DNA of 64,000 nucleotides from Intoshia linei. Its lineage: Eukaryota > Animalia > Orthonectida. How positions within the stretch are numbered: position 1 is the first letter of the stretch; every line of letters starts with the position of its first letter. The stretch is taken from NCBI GenBank assembly GCA_001642005.1, contig LWCA01000011.1, forward strand, positions 1 through 64,000, given 5' to 3'. Shown in pieces: positions 13,100 to 26,100 of the stretch. The position numbers and the translations under genes were made by a program. Under the pieces are notes generated by a model that made no database searches, had not been told where the DNA came from, and saw only the letters and a program-made list of their open reading frames with translations.

Positions 13100-16000
13100 T
13101 TAATAAGATTGTGAGGATAATGTTGCGTTTAAATATGCCTAAACAAAATATAAAATTGATAAATATTCTAAAAAACCATCAATGAATGCAATGTATCCTG
13201 TTCCCTAAAACCGAATCAATAAATATATTTCTCTTTATTTACCTCCATTTATTATAGATAATAGAAGCGTTATGATTTGGATCATTGTATTTTTGAATAC
13301 TAATGATGTCTGTTTCTTTTAAATTGATATCTAAGCCTGTGGTTGGTCTAAATTTCCATAATTATACACATAATTCAACTAATTATTAAAATTAGTCTGT
13401 TCCATTTAATACTCAAGGTTTTACATTTAAAAGTTACAATCTGTAAAAATGGTAAAAATAATATTAACTTTTAAAGCCTTAAACAATTAAACCCATATTG
13501 TTAATTAATTACCTTATCTTGTTGATGTTTGCAATTTTTATCGGTTTAGTGTTTGTTAAAATATATTTGCTAAAATTAGGACTGCTGATGAAATTATCTT
13601 TTAATTTTCGGTTTGGTTTACATATAGAACATTCCATTATATTTAAATTGTAATTTGACCCATACAAGTTTAATTTATTGATTAGGTCCGACAAAAATGT
13701 GACATTACCAATTTCATGTAAATTATATTTTTTAACTAAGAATACAATTATCTTAATAATTTTAACAAAAACCCATTGTTAGTCCAATTGATTGATTATG
13801 CTTTTCTATTACAGTATTATTAACATTTAAAAAATAAAATTAAATATATTACTAGGTGTCCTTTGTTTTAGCAAAATTTCAATTTTTTGAAGAGAGTTTC
13901 TTATATTATCGCATTTAGTTCTAAACAATGATTAAAAAAGCTATAAAAAAAGGTAACGTCAAATTGGTAACAAATTCAATAGGGTCGTTATGAAGAAAAT
14001 CGTCATTATTTAAAGAAGAAAGCAATTCACTAGCCATCATTTTATCCATAGCATATTTGTCAATCAATTGATGACCATAAAAGAAAATATTAATACTTTT
14101 TTGTTTGTCATAATCTAAACATATTTGATGTAAAATCAAATACACAACCTGAAAATGTGTTTGAATAAAATCTCGACATTAGTTGATAAACATTGCGAGA
14201 CTTTCGTTGCAAATTGTTTTCAAACATGTAATAATCAATTTGATGAACCAACCCACTACCAGTATATAGAAAAGCCAATACATCACCATTTTCTTCAAAC
14301 ATAGTTTGCAATTCTCTAATTATTAATTATGTACCATTTTTTAAAACTTACTTCATTATTATGTTGTGAAAACATTTAGAATTTGGAATTGTAAATTTAA
14401 GAATGTTTAACTAAATTTTGATATGCATTACTTTTTTTTTTTATAAATTTTACCATTTTCGCAAAAACATTCCTTATAATAAAATATTGACCAGCATTGG
14501 TTCTATCCAAACAATCTACGCAGTTCACTCTGACAATACCTTTCTGTTGCATTCTAAAAATATATATTTATAATATTTTGATAAAAATGGAATTACATTG
14601 TTTTTCCATTTGTCGAACAAAATATACTAGTTTTTTTCAAAAATTCATTAGAAAAATGCAAAAATTTATCAGACACACTTTCAGAAGAACTAAATTTGTA
14701 CTATAAAATAAAATACGTTTTCATTTATATTACTCTGAATTGGAAGAGGATATATCGTAATTATAATAACAAATTTGATTCTTTACATGTAAAAATTGAT
14801 TAAAATATTCTATGCCTTCCAGGAATTTTTCAGATAACAACTTTTCATTTTTATTTGAAGGTTTTATCTAAAAGTGACAATTAATTATTATGGTCATTTT
14901 CATAGTGCAAACTGTTAATTAGGCTTGTATTCATGTTTTAAGGAAATTTATTATTTAATTTTACATAAAATACATTATTTTTATAAATTTTTTATTCTAT
15001 AACGTTATATTATTTGCAAATAATAAGCGGTTAAACCATGTATTTTTCTAAAAAACTATATAATTTTAGGATGATACTTATTTTATACGTATAATGTCAT
15101 AAAACAATTTTTATCAATCTAGATTTTGGTACCCTGATATATTGTTTAGTAGTGACTAAATGTCGGAGTATTGTTTAGCACTAAATGTTCAAATCATTTC
15201 TTTGAAGTTATCCCAAATTTTATTACTTCAAAGGATTAGGATTGATGTTTTAATTTAATTTGTCTCTGATATTTTTAGAGTCGAAACAGCTTGACTCAAA
15301 ATTTCATTTAAATTAAAAAAAATGCACAAACGATACTGTCAAACGTATTGTCATATAGTTCCTAACCCAGTCGTTCCCAATTCAAATAATGTACGAAACA
15401 CAATTTTAAAATATTTATTTTTTTTGTACCCAAAGGAACCATAAAATATAATACATTTATAAAAAAATTTAAGGTTTTTAATAAAATTTGGTAAAATCGC
15501 TTTTTTCAAGGTTATTGTTATTTTACGACTGAATTAAGATAATCAAAACTTTATTTTATTTACATAGAATAATAAATTAATGTAACAATTTAAAATTATT
15601 GACAAATTAAGTGAATAAATGAAAAATAAAAGCAAATTCGACTATAAAAATAGTTATGACTCATAACTTATGACGAATTGAAAATTTAAATTTTTGTATT
15701 GTAAATAATACTATATTAGAAATTTTAAGTTGGATTTGAGATATAAATTGTATATTAATAATGTAATATTACTAATGATTAATTGACTATAAACTGAATT
15801 AATTAATGAAATCGTGTTTTTCAAAAGAATATCGCTAAAAGTCAATTATCCCGTGAGGGTTTAAAATTTATTTTATCATTAAATTTTATTAATGATAGGA
15901 AAAAGTGGAATTTTTGAAATAATAAAATATCGGTCATTACATTAGTTTAGGCTTTGGGATAAATTCCCAACACCTGGAAAATTTTTAATAAATATTACAA

Positions 16001-18695
16001 ATTCTCCTATAAAAAGTTGATACATTTTTTTTATATTTTATTTAAATTTAACGGACCCCATAAATATAGTTTTAAATTTCAAGAGGTTCCAATCAGCAAA
16101 CACCTCTCTAAATCGATTTATTATTGTTAGCACACAAAATAATTAACATTTCAGAATAGTATTTATTTAATACTAAATTTAGTTATAAATTATTATAGTT
16201 ATGTATTATCTTAATTATTTTAAAATAATTTTGACGCTACTAAATTAGATATGGTATTTTTCGTCACTGCTACTACGTCACAATTTAGTCCGCTAAAATA
16301 TGAAAACGCAAAACAATTAACTTTAACTGTAAATAAAAAGAACTTTAGTCAATATGGCAACAATTGTTACTATTAAGTTACGATTATGTAATAATTAAAA
16401 CTAAGGATTGTAATTATTACAATCATTTCATCAGTGTAATTTTATAAATTTCACATATAGATAAAAAATATGGAATTGTTCCAAGCACTAGTGGTTCAGT
16501 GGTAGAATTACTGATTGCCATTCAGTAGGCTCGGGTTCGATTCCCGGCTAGTGCATTTTTTTATATTTTAAAAATATAATCACTTATGATATAATCCTTA
16601 TTTATAAACTAATCTAGCCATTTATTTTGTTAAAAAATTGAAGCGTAGTTCTAAAAATACCACTTATTCATGAGTTTAGTTTTTACGAAGTACATAACAA
16701 TCAAGCCAGTTTATTCTATAAAATGAATTGATTACCTTACATAAATTAAGAATAATTGCATTTCCTTCATAACGGTCAATTAGAGAACTAATGTGCTTGT
16801 CAGCACCTCGAAAGAAGGGGCATGGTCGAGTGACTAAAATATATATGTATTTAGTATTAATAGCAAATAAAACGTTTAATGCAATGAGTTATGGCATCAT
16901 TGTTGGACCAGTAAATAGGAACAGAGCCTCTCCTAATAACATATGCACAGTATGTCCCGTCTAAAGGATTAATCAGTGGCACATTGTTCACAATCAGTTC
17001 GGTTTCAACATCATTAGCGACATATCCCTACAATTTATAGTTACAATATTATACTCCACCCGTTTAAAGTTTTGATAATTTGTAGAATTATGAGTTAGTT
17101 ATGTAACTATACTATGATGCTAATCATTCAATTTTTTCATTAATGAAAAATCCCAAAATCAAACCAAATAAAAAATTCTTACTTGATGTTTTTGATTAAA
17201 TATAAAAAAACTAAATTTTCTGAAATTTTGAACGTACGGTAAATAATATAATTAAGTTTTACGGCATTAGTGACTCCTCTTTTCAATAACCGTGTACCTG
17301 CAAATTTGCAACATCGCCTAGAAATTAATGTAATTTCTATATTTCCTATGTATAATTGCAATTCTAATTTGGAATTAAAGTCTTTTTAATTGTATAGCTA
17401 CCAATTTGTTTTATATAACCCGAAATCAAATGAACTTTCCAATCTTTGTCACTTATTAATTCATATAAATGTTTATTCCAAGAAAATGTATCATTACAAG
17501 AAGAATTTTCTATATATACATTTATTTAACATATCTTTAAACTTCCGAGAAAGTACATTTTGAAGGTATGAAACAAGAAGTATAATGTACATGTAATTTA
17601 TATTAAAAAAATATACCGTTTATATTATTTTGCAATGTTGATAGCAAATTATAGCCATGTCTAAAGTATAATAATATTTTGAAATAATTTTAATTACGAG
17701 TAATAAAAATGCTGCCTAAAGTCCACATTTTTGAAAAACTTAAAGAACCTACATATATAATTATAAATGAAATGGAAATACCAACATTTTATCATATGCA
17801 GGGTTGCAATTATTATTCAAACAAACGTTAGTGTACTTTTCAATTTTGTAGATATCATGTCCACAAACATTTGCCACAATCTTTCTTTTTTTAACTAGTA
17901 TTATATATAAAGATTGGTAGCATCTGTACATTCCTACACAATTTAAAAATGAAAATCAGAAATTGATTTAAATACCTAATATAGCTATTCCATTATCACA
18001 AAATTCTAATCTTTTTGCACTCGGCAAAAGGTGGCCATTTATATTTTCCGATATATAATTTTTTGCTAAATTCTCATCGGCAAATGTTTTCTACAATTCA
18101 ATTATACTATGTACAAAATTAATTACATCGACACAACAACATTTAAATTTTGTATTGGCTACTATTTTCGAATTGCTAGACACATTAACTCTCATTACTT
18201 TAAAATTTTTTAATGATGCATCGCTACCAATTAGATAAATTTCCTAAACATATATTTAAATAAAATAGATCTAAATCATCTTCTCCTAAAATTGGAGCTA
18301 TTGTTTAATTGGTTTGACAATGACTATGTAAATTTACTTTTTCTTTATCATAGTCATAAAAAAATAAAATTAATTCATATGAAATATGATTTTAAATCGT
18401 GAAAAATAGGTATATTACAAGCTCAACATTTTTTATCGGTAGGGCGGTTCCCCTCACTTTATTCATTTATTGATATGCAAATTAACTTTTATACATATAT
18501 GTATAATATATACATTATTATCTCAGTTAAAAGGGGTTTAATATCGGATGTATTGAAAGATTCTACATATACATGTACTTCAATTTTATTTTGAAACAAT
18601 TACATTCACCTTATTCCATAATACCGATTGATTAAAAATTATAAATAACAAATTACTTTTAGGGCTTTGTAAATGTAAATTCTGTTTATAGACAT
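13100..18695 (-). CDS. FIG4: Sac-domain PI(3,5)P2 5-phosphatase FIG4/SAC3
   Basis: About 20 short exons. Motifs include MSINRIYIYKALK-EIYLIGSD, LISRRCCKFAGTRLLKRG, GYVANDVETE, RRGSVPIYWS, the catalytic RVNCVDCLDRTN (CX5RT), EENGDVLAFLYTGSGLVH and SRFYSNTFSDYDKQKSIN. Confidence 0.9.
15368..16105. mobile_element. Degenerate hAT MITE in a FIG4 intron
   Basis: Left end is CAGTCGTTCCCAA. The internal block 15800-15990 is shared with 42350-42520 and 45690-45830. The right end is degraded. Confidence 0.45.
16485..16555 (+). tRNA. tRNA-Gly (GCC), antisense within a FIG4 intron
   Basis: 71-nt cloverleaf: acceptor GCACTAG/CTAGTGC, D arm GTTC-AGTGGTA-GAAT, anticodon stem ACTGA/TCAGT with loop TTGCCAT, T loop TTCGATT. 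Preceded by CAA and followed by an oligo-T terminator. Confidence 0.92.
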
Positions 18696-19472
18696 GTTTT
18701 AAAAGTAATTCAAATAAATGTAAGTTTGTGTAACATTGAATGAAATTAAACTTTCTTAGAGATTTAATATGTATCCATCGAATTATTGTTATTTCAGGCT
18801 ATAGCTTAGAAAATGTTTATTGTATGTAATTGTTAAGCCTTTAAATAAACAATTTCGTTGATTTCTTTCTATACAACTACAACGATACTAATGCCACATA
18901 TATGAAAACATTTTACATTAGAAAAATTTAAAATTTCTGAAATGTGTTCATTTGAAATTTATTATAATCTATAAATAATTATTTATATACTAACTATTAT
19001 TATTATAACATTAAATTTAATCCATAATTTATAAATATTTACTTATATTTATTTACATATAATTTATATTATGAACTAAAAATTAATAAGCTAATACCAT
19101 CAGTATTGAGGAGGAACAGCTCATTCATTTGAGAATAAATGTAAAAAATTAATGTTATAAATGTTCAATATTATACATAATAGTAGTTTGAGTGTTTTAT
19201 ACTGCGTAAAAACAGCACATATCTATGCAAAGGGTGAACTTTTTTAATTCTTCACAAAAAGAAAATCTTGCGTATAAATGCTACTATTCAATCAAATTAA
19301 ATTTAATTTTTAATCTTTTAAAATAATAGTTCGCAAACGTGTAAAGACAATTTTTTTTGTTTTTACATTCTACAAATATTAATTATATGAAATTTTTAGA
19401 TGAGACAAAATTAATTTAATTGTCTTCAAAATCGTCTTATTATGACGACAATTATTATACTACACTGTATAT

Positions 19473-20054
19473 CAGGGGTCGGCAACCAGTGACCCACAGT
19501 TATTTATTAATTATTTAAATTAAATTTATTAAATTATTTATTAATAAATTTCATGTTTAAACATCTTCTACTATAATTATAATTGACTCATTATTTGATA
19601 ATTGACCCTTTTTTGTAAAAATAAAAAAAAAAAACCTGAATGAATCAATGTATGCAATTTCCACCCATAGCTCTTTATTGGAAATATGTAAACGTTCAAG
19701 GCACATTTTTATTGAAATTTTATGATAATATTTACATTTTTACTTACAGTGCGCGACATAAGTCTTAGGCACCCCGATTGTAATTAATGTAAACACTCCT
19801 GGTTCATGATTTAAAACATTTTCTTATATCATATCTAGTGTATGATCAAGAACAAATATTTAACAACCCTAAAAAAGTAAAAACTATAAAAATTTTTTAA
19901 TAATTAATGAAATATAAATATTTTTAATTAAAATTGCAAAATTCCGAGCGACATAAGNAGAAATATGTGTAAAAAATTGTTATAAAAAATAAAAATTTTT
20001 ATTATAACGCGGGCCGCACATTCATAATTGGGGGCCTTATAATTGACACCCCTG
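19473..20054. mobile_element. hAT MITE containing a nested Tc1-type end
   Basis: TIRs CAGGGGTCGGCAA / TTGACACCCCTG and a GCGGGCCGCA subterminal motif. An N at 19958 lies inside. Confidence 0.6.
19747..19957 (+). mobile_element. Tc1/mariner IR/DR-type terminal inverted repeat (~210 bp), cut at an assembly N
   Basis: TA|CAGTGCGCGACATAAGTCTTAGGCAC start, near-identical to 29085-29305. The inner direct repeat CGACATAAG is interrupted by the N at 19958. Confidence 0.75.
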
Positions 20055-20125
20055 ATATAGATCCCGATTCATAATATTGTTTTACTGCAAAATTGTGGTG
20101 AAAAAAAGTTTATCAAATAATCTAC

Positions 20126-23100
20126 CTATAATTGATTTCACCATCACCATCCTTATCTATATCATCAATTAATATTTGTATTTCTTCAGATGAAAGTTTC
20201 ACGCCGGCTTCCTAAATTATATTAAGTTTTTCCAATATAAGGTAAGTTAAGTAATACGTAATGTATCCAATGCTTATTTATACTAAACCATAAACTATAC
20301 TACATGTTAGTGAGACATTACAAGTGTTTATAAAGTAAATCAATGACATTAATTCAAAATTACCAGTAAACCATCTTTGAACTCATCATGTGTGATACTA
20401 TTACTATTGTCTTTATCCATGCTTCTGAAAACATCGACAATTCGCAAGTTTTTTCTTTCGATGAATCGAGAAAGTTTTATCATGGGATGAATTGTAAATT
20501 CTTTACGACCAGTTAGCTTTCGAAATCCATATAAGCATTTGAAATTTTTTTTTAACATTATAGAATTCAAATGAACGTTGAAAGGTTCATCAACATGTAT
20601 ATTCTATAATAACAAGTAGGTTTGTATATAAAAAATTTATAATATTTACTGTAAAATCTAATAAATTTAGTTTTGACACTGTCGACTGATCAAGTGCTTT
20701 AACAATAGCACATGCACCCATATTCTGGATTGGATTGTAAGAAATCTAAACAATATCAATTATATAGAAAGTGATACTAATTACGTCAAATATTTTCAAA
20801 TTACTGTTTTCTAACAATCCTTTCGCCAGGAGAGTAGCTCCAACTTCGTTTATTCGGTTATTTCTATTTTAATATTTAATATTTGAACGAAATTAAATTA
20901 ACAATTAAACATTAAATTAATTTTCATCGGCTAAGGTCACCAAAATTAAGAATAATACTAATTATTATTGAAAACGGGTGCAGAATTCATAATATAGATT
21001 GTCTGCTATCGATGATTTAAAATGAAATGATGAGTAATCAATTTTTAATATATAAAAAGCTTACGAAATATACAATTCTTCTAAAGAATTATTTACTTTG
21101 AACATTTGCGATAAAGCTAGTGATCCTTCTAATCCAAAGCCATTGAAAGATAAATTTAAAATTTTCAGCCAGTTATTTTTCTAAATTTTTTTATAGGGAT
21201 TATAATTCTAAAATTGTATGAAACGACAAATTTAAATTACTTTTAAAGAATTTGATATATTAACGGCTCCACATTTTCGTATTGAATTCCAACTTAGATT
21301 TAAATCAATGATGGATACATTTTCACTCAAACCTAATCCAAAATAATATCCAGCCAATGTAGTAAATTTGTTGCAACTCAAATTTACTTTTTCAATTTGA
21401 CTTTCATACTATTAGAATATAAACATATAATAATATATTATAATATAATACAATGAAATATATAATAAAAAAAATATATGAATACTAAAATGCTTTTTTG
21501 ACCGTGAAGTCACTTATTCGGATTGAAATTTTTTGAAATTCTAGGGCTGTTTTTATTAAAATAAGAAGGGTAATTTAGGGTTTTGGCCCTGAAGATATAA
21601 TGTTTTTAAATTTATGGTATTGTTTATGATTTTAAAATGCGTATCAGCGTATATATTTTTTTTAATTCTCCAACTCGTTTGATTTTCAAAAAGAGGGACA
21701 ACTGGGGTTTTTGACCTGTAAGATGTGAAATTGGGAGGTTGAAATTTATCTTATTATACGTCCCGGAAAAAACTGTAATTGAAATGTAGTCTTTATAAAA
21801 TTTTAAGACTGGTAGTTATTTCAATAAAGTGAAACACATACACACATAAACAAAAATTGTATGGCATATTATATAAGTTAGGAATCTTAACTTAGGATAT
21901 ACTTTTATTATGAGTACAGCTTCTATGTCTATGCTGCGTACAAATAGTAGCTTTAACCGAGTTATAAGAATAAATAAATCTATCCTTTACTTATATACAA
22001 TTCAATGACTGTGAATGTGCGTGTTTGTTTCAGTTTATTTAACAAATTGACAGTTGTATAATTAAACAAAACCTACATTATAATACAATTTTCCCAGAGC
22101 GTGATTATATCTATTATTCACTTTCCGTGTTTGAGTCTTTCAGGGTCAAAAATCCAATTTCTCATTTTGTTTAAAAAATAAATTAGCCCAAAAATTTAAT
22201 AAAACATACATTCTGGGACGCGTTTTAAAATGAGTAACATTGTCGTCAATGATTATTAAATGATTAATTTATCTGAGCCTCAAAAACGTATATCTTTATG
22301 GTTAAAACCACAAAGTATAATTTGTTTTAAAAATGAAATACGTCCTAAAATTTTATAAAACATAAATTTTGAGACAATTTTAAAATCATAAGCATTATAA
22401 TAAATGGAAACCTCAAAAAGTGCATTTTCATGACTATAACCTTTTTTAATTATGATTTAAATGAAAATAATCCTAAAATTTTAAAAAAAATACAGCGAAT
22501 AGAGTTATATCCAGTCAACACTTACAAAAATTTTCAATCTGACAAAGTGACACTTTCACGATCAAAAAAGCACTTTAATATTTATTATTTATTAAAACAC
22601 TTAGTGCATAACAGTCAAGCTAATCCTTACTTATAAGTATATATAATATGCTTTGCAATATTTGTTTGAGTGTGTGTTACCGTTTATTTCAATTATAGTT
22701 TTTTCCGGGGTGTTAGGAAAATAAATTTCAACCTCCCAAACTCACATCTTACGGATCAAAAATTAAGATGGTTAAATTAAAAAATTAATTAAAATAATTC
22801 CCTTTTAAGTAAAAAGTAATGTGATATGACGGTTCCACCTGAAACAAGTTTGGGAACCACTTTTTTAAAGGATTGATAATAGTGAATAGTAGGATTTAGA
22901 CGTATTACATACCAGTCAACCTAGTTACAAATATAATATAAATCAGCAAAAAATAAAATTATAAATGTAAATTTACTGAAAATATTGTTTTAAGATATTT
23001 TGCATCACGATCACAAAATTCGTTTCCTGTATAAAATCAATGAAATCTATTAATGAAATACAGAAACGTACATAGACAAGTGTTTCTCATTTTTTAACTT

Positions 23101-26100
23101 AAAAATGACTCCTTCCAGTGTGTGTTATGTATTTTATGAACGTAAATAAATTTTCCAACTTGTTGTAACGCAAGAATACATGTACAGTAAGTGACCATAG
23201 GTGGAGAAACACTGTTGTATGGTACTTAATCTCTGCAACACGTTCCGTAGGACGATCCGAACTAAACTTGATAATCCAAAGTACGATTGCAAGCACGAAT
23301 TTAAGTTTATATCAATAATAATTATTTACATTATTTATGTTAGTAATAGTTCCAAAAATATTAATCCGATAATGTATTAATTATGAATATGAAAGCAAAC
23401 TTTTAAAATCTGCCTTCACGGTCCTAATAACTTGGGATCGTATTCTGATCGCTCCAAATCGTACTTTGAACCGTGTTGCAAAGCTCTATATAATACCAGA
23501 TAAATCAAGTTCTCGTAAAGATATGTTGTTGTCTATGAGTCGCACAAAATAAATTGCGAATTCTGTACTTAAACTATTGTAGGATAAATTCTAAAATAAT
23601 AATTAAAATAGATAAATAAGCAGTATTCTTCTCACTGTCAACTTTAAATAAAACTTCAATACCTACATCACTATTCCCAAAATGCGAAATTATCTGATAA
23701 AATGTATAGATTTTCCATCAGTAGTTAAACTTCACTTATATAAAATTGAATGTCTGTGTGTATTTTTATGTGTTAGCTATTATTTAAAAAATGAACAGTC
23801 GTAGAATTTCAAAAAAGCAAATTTCCAATACAGTTTTTTTCAGCCCAAAAATTTAAATAAACATAAATTCTGGATAGGTTTTAAAATTATAAATATTATC
23901 ATTACTCACAACATCCAAAAAAATTTCACGATCACAACCCCAGATTACCCTTTTTTTAAAAAAAATTACAGCTTCTATGTATCTCAAGTTATTCAATTCA
24001 AAAAATATAATTCTTATACAGCTAATTCAGGTTGATGTATAAACAAAATTTTAAACTCCGAAATCTACGCTTTCTAATTAAAAAAACTTTTAATATATCA
24101 TCAGCCAATATTTTTCAAATTTTTAAATTAAAATTAAAAATGAAAATATGAAAAGGATTACAAAAACGTCAACGAAATAAAATTAAGTGGGAATAATACA
24201 CATTCAATTAAAAGGGTAATGTGAAATAACCGGTCCATGGTGGAACAAGATTGAGAATCTCTCTTTTAAAAGAATTGATAATAGTGAATAGTGGCATTTT
24301 TAAGTACGATTTCAATGTATTTAATTTTTTGGTAGAATTTAAAAAGTTGCCCTCGTCAGGGCTAGATGCTGTTTGTACAATGTACATCACAATCAAGCTA
24401 GTGACTTGTATTTATAATAAATTTTTCCACGTGGTCACATAAAAATTAGTCAATTGAACAGTTTTTCGTTAATCCAATAATACAAATTGTAAATATACTA
24501 GAGTTGTAATGAAGCCATTTTCTTTTAGCATTTCTAGAATATATACACCTCCTTTGTCTTCAAGGAAATTGTAACTTAAATTTAAGTCTCCAATAAAGGA
24601 ATTATTCTAAAAATATATCAAAAATTTTAATTTAAATATTTTTGATTATGTTATATTAAAAACAATAATTATAAATATAATAACCACAAAAATGTTTCTA
24701 GTCAAATTTTCATGAACAAATTCAATGAAAAACAATGGACATATATATTTTTATTAAAGTAATTAATTAATTTGTCAGTATTTAATTAAAATACTGACAT
24801 TTTTTTATTTTTAATTTATTATTAATTTTTTTTACTGCTCTTCCAATTTAAATACTGACAATCAATTATTTATACTGACACCTTATCAATTGGCACCTAA
24901 AATACTGAAAAATCAATGTTTCTATTGACAAACCATCACCAATACTGACAAATCAATAAGAAAAATACTGACACAATAAATGCCCGCCTTTTATTAACAC
25001 GTAAATATAAATATCTAAATGTTCAACGTGATATGATATTTTTAAAATTTTGTAACAATTGGACATATAGCGATTAGCATAACTTTCATTGGTAATTAAT
25101 ATACTTCACTGATTACCATTAATGCCATTGCTATAGATTTAATTATTTTATGACCCAAAAATTGATGGCTCATAACCAAAGAATCTTTGTTAATGTTTCT
25201 TATAAAGAATGTTGATGGAGTAACATTTAATTTGTGGCATATTTGAATATATTCATGTACACAAGCGTTGTATGAACTTTTTTCTAAAGTGAAAATACAT
25301 AATTAATAACTAGTTTAACTACATATAGTAGTTAAATCTTTACTTATATAATATAATTTGTTTGTCTGTGTTATCGTTTATTTCAATAACTACCAGTCTT
25401 AGAATTTCATAAAGTCCACATTTCAGCTAAAATTTTTTCAGGGGTGTTAGCAAAATAAATTTCGACCTCCTAAACTCACATCTTACGAGTCAAAAAGACC
25501 AATTGTGTTTTTTTGATAATCAAACGAGTTCTAGAATTTAAAAAAATATACACTCTGATACGGATTTTAAAATCATGCATATTATCATAAATCTATATTT
25601 AAAAAAATGGCATAGCAATTTTTTTTTAAATTCTTTACACAAATGTTAACAAAACAAAATTAAGATGGAATACTTCACTTTAAAGTAAAAAGTAATGTGA
25701 TATGACGGTTCTACATGAAAAAAGTTTGGGAACCACTCCTTTAAAAGATTGATAATAGTGAAAAGTAGGATTTTAAGTTAGATTTTCAACGTGAATTTAT
25801 TTTTTTGGTATAATAGAAATGTGCCCTCGGCAGAGCTAGCTGCTATTTGTACGTAGTACATAACAGTCAACTTAGTTATATTATAATTTTAACAATTGTT
25901 TAAAAACGTTGCATCTCCATAAAATTTAATATAAGAATAAAAATTAAAAACCTTTTATATTTTCCAAGTCTGTATCAAATTCTTCATTATCAGATTGAAA
26001 ATTGCAATATTGAAATATGTCACTACCCTTCGACAATTTTTTAAAACTATTAGATTGGTTTGTATGCACAATTGATCGAGTATACATTTGTTCAGAACTT

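Noticed and set aside
14690-14735. Apparent frameshift in FIG4
   Set aside because: Resolved by using the second AG acceptor 11 nt downstream, which gives a canonical 44-nt intron.
23195-23270. Partial resemblance to let-7 (GTTGTATGGT) and miR-100 (CCGTAG..GATCCGAACT)
   Set aside because: Both matches are interrupted, the seeds are not intact, and there is no ~70-nt pre-miRNA hairpin.
23040-23310. Antisense micro-exon gene within the structured intron
   Set aside because: GT/AG pairs exist, but the joined frame hits a stop after about 30 codons.
24738-24985. CRISPR-like repeat-spacer array (also considered for 61406-61480)
   Set aside because: The context is eukaryotic, the repeats are only 10 bp with irregular spacing or lack unique spacers, and there are no cas genes.
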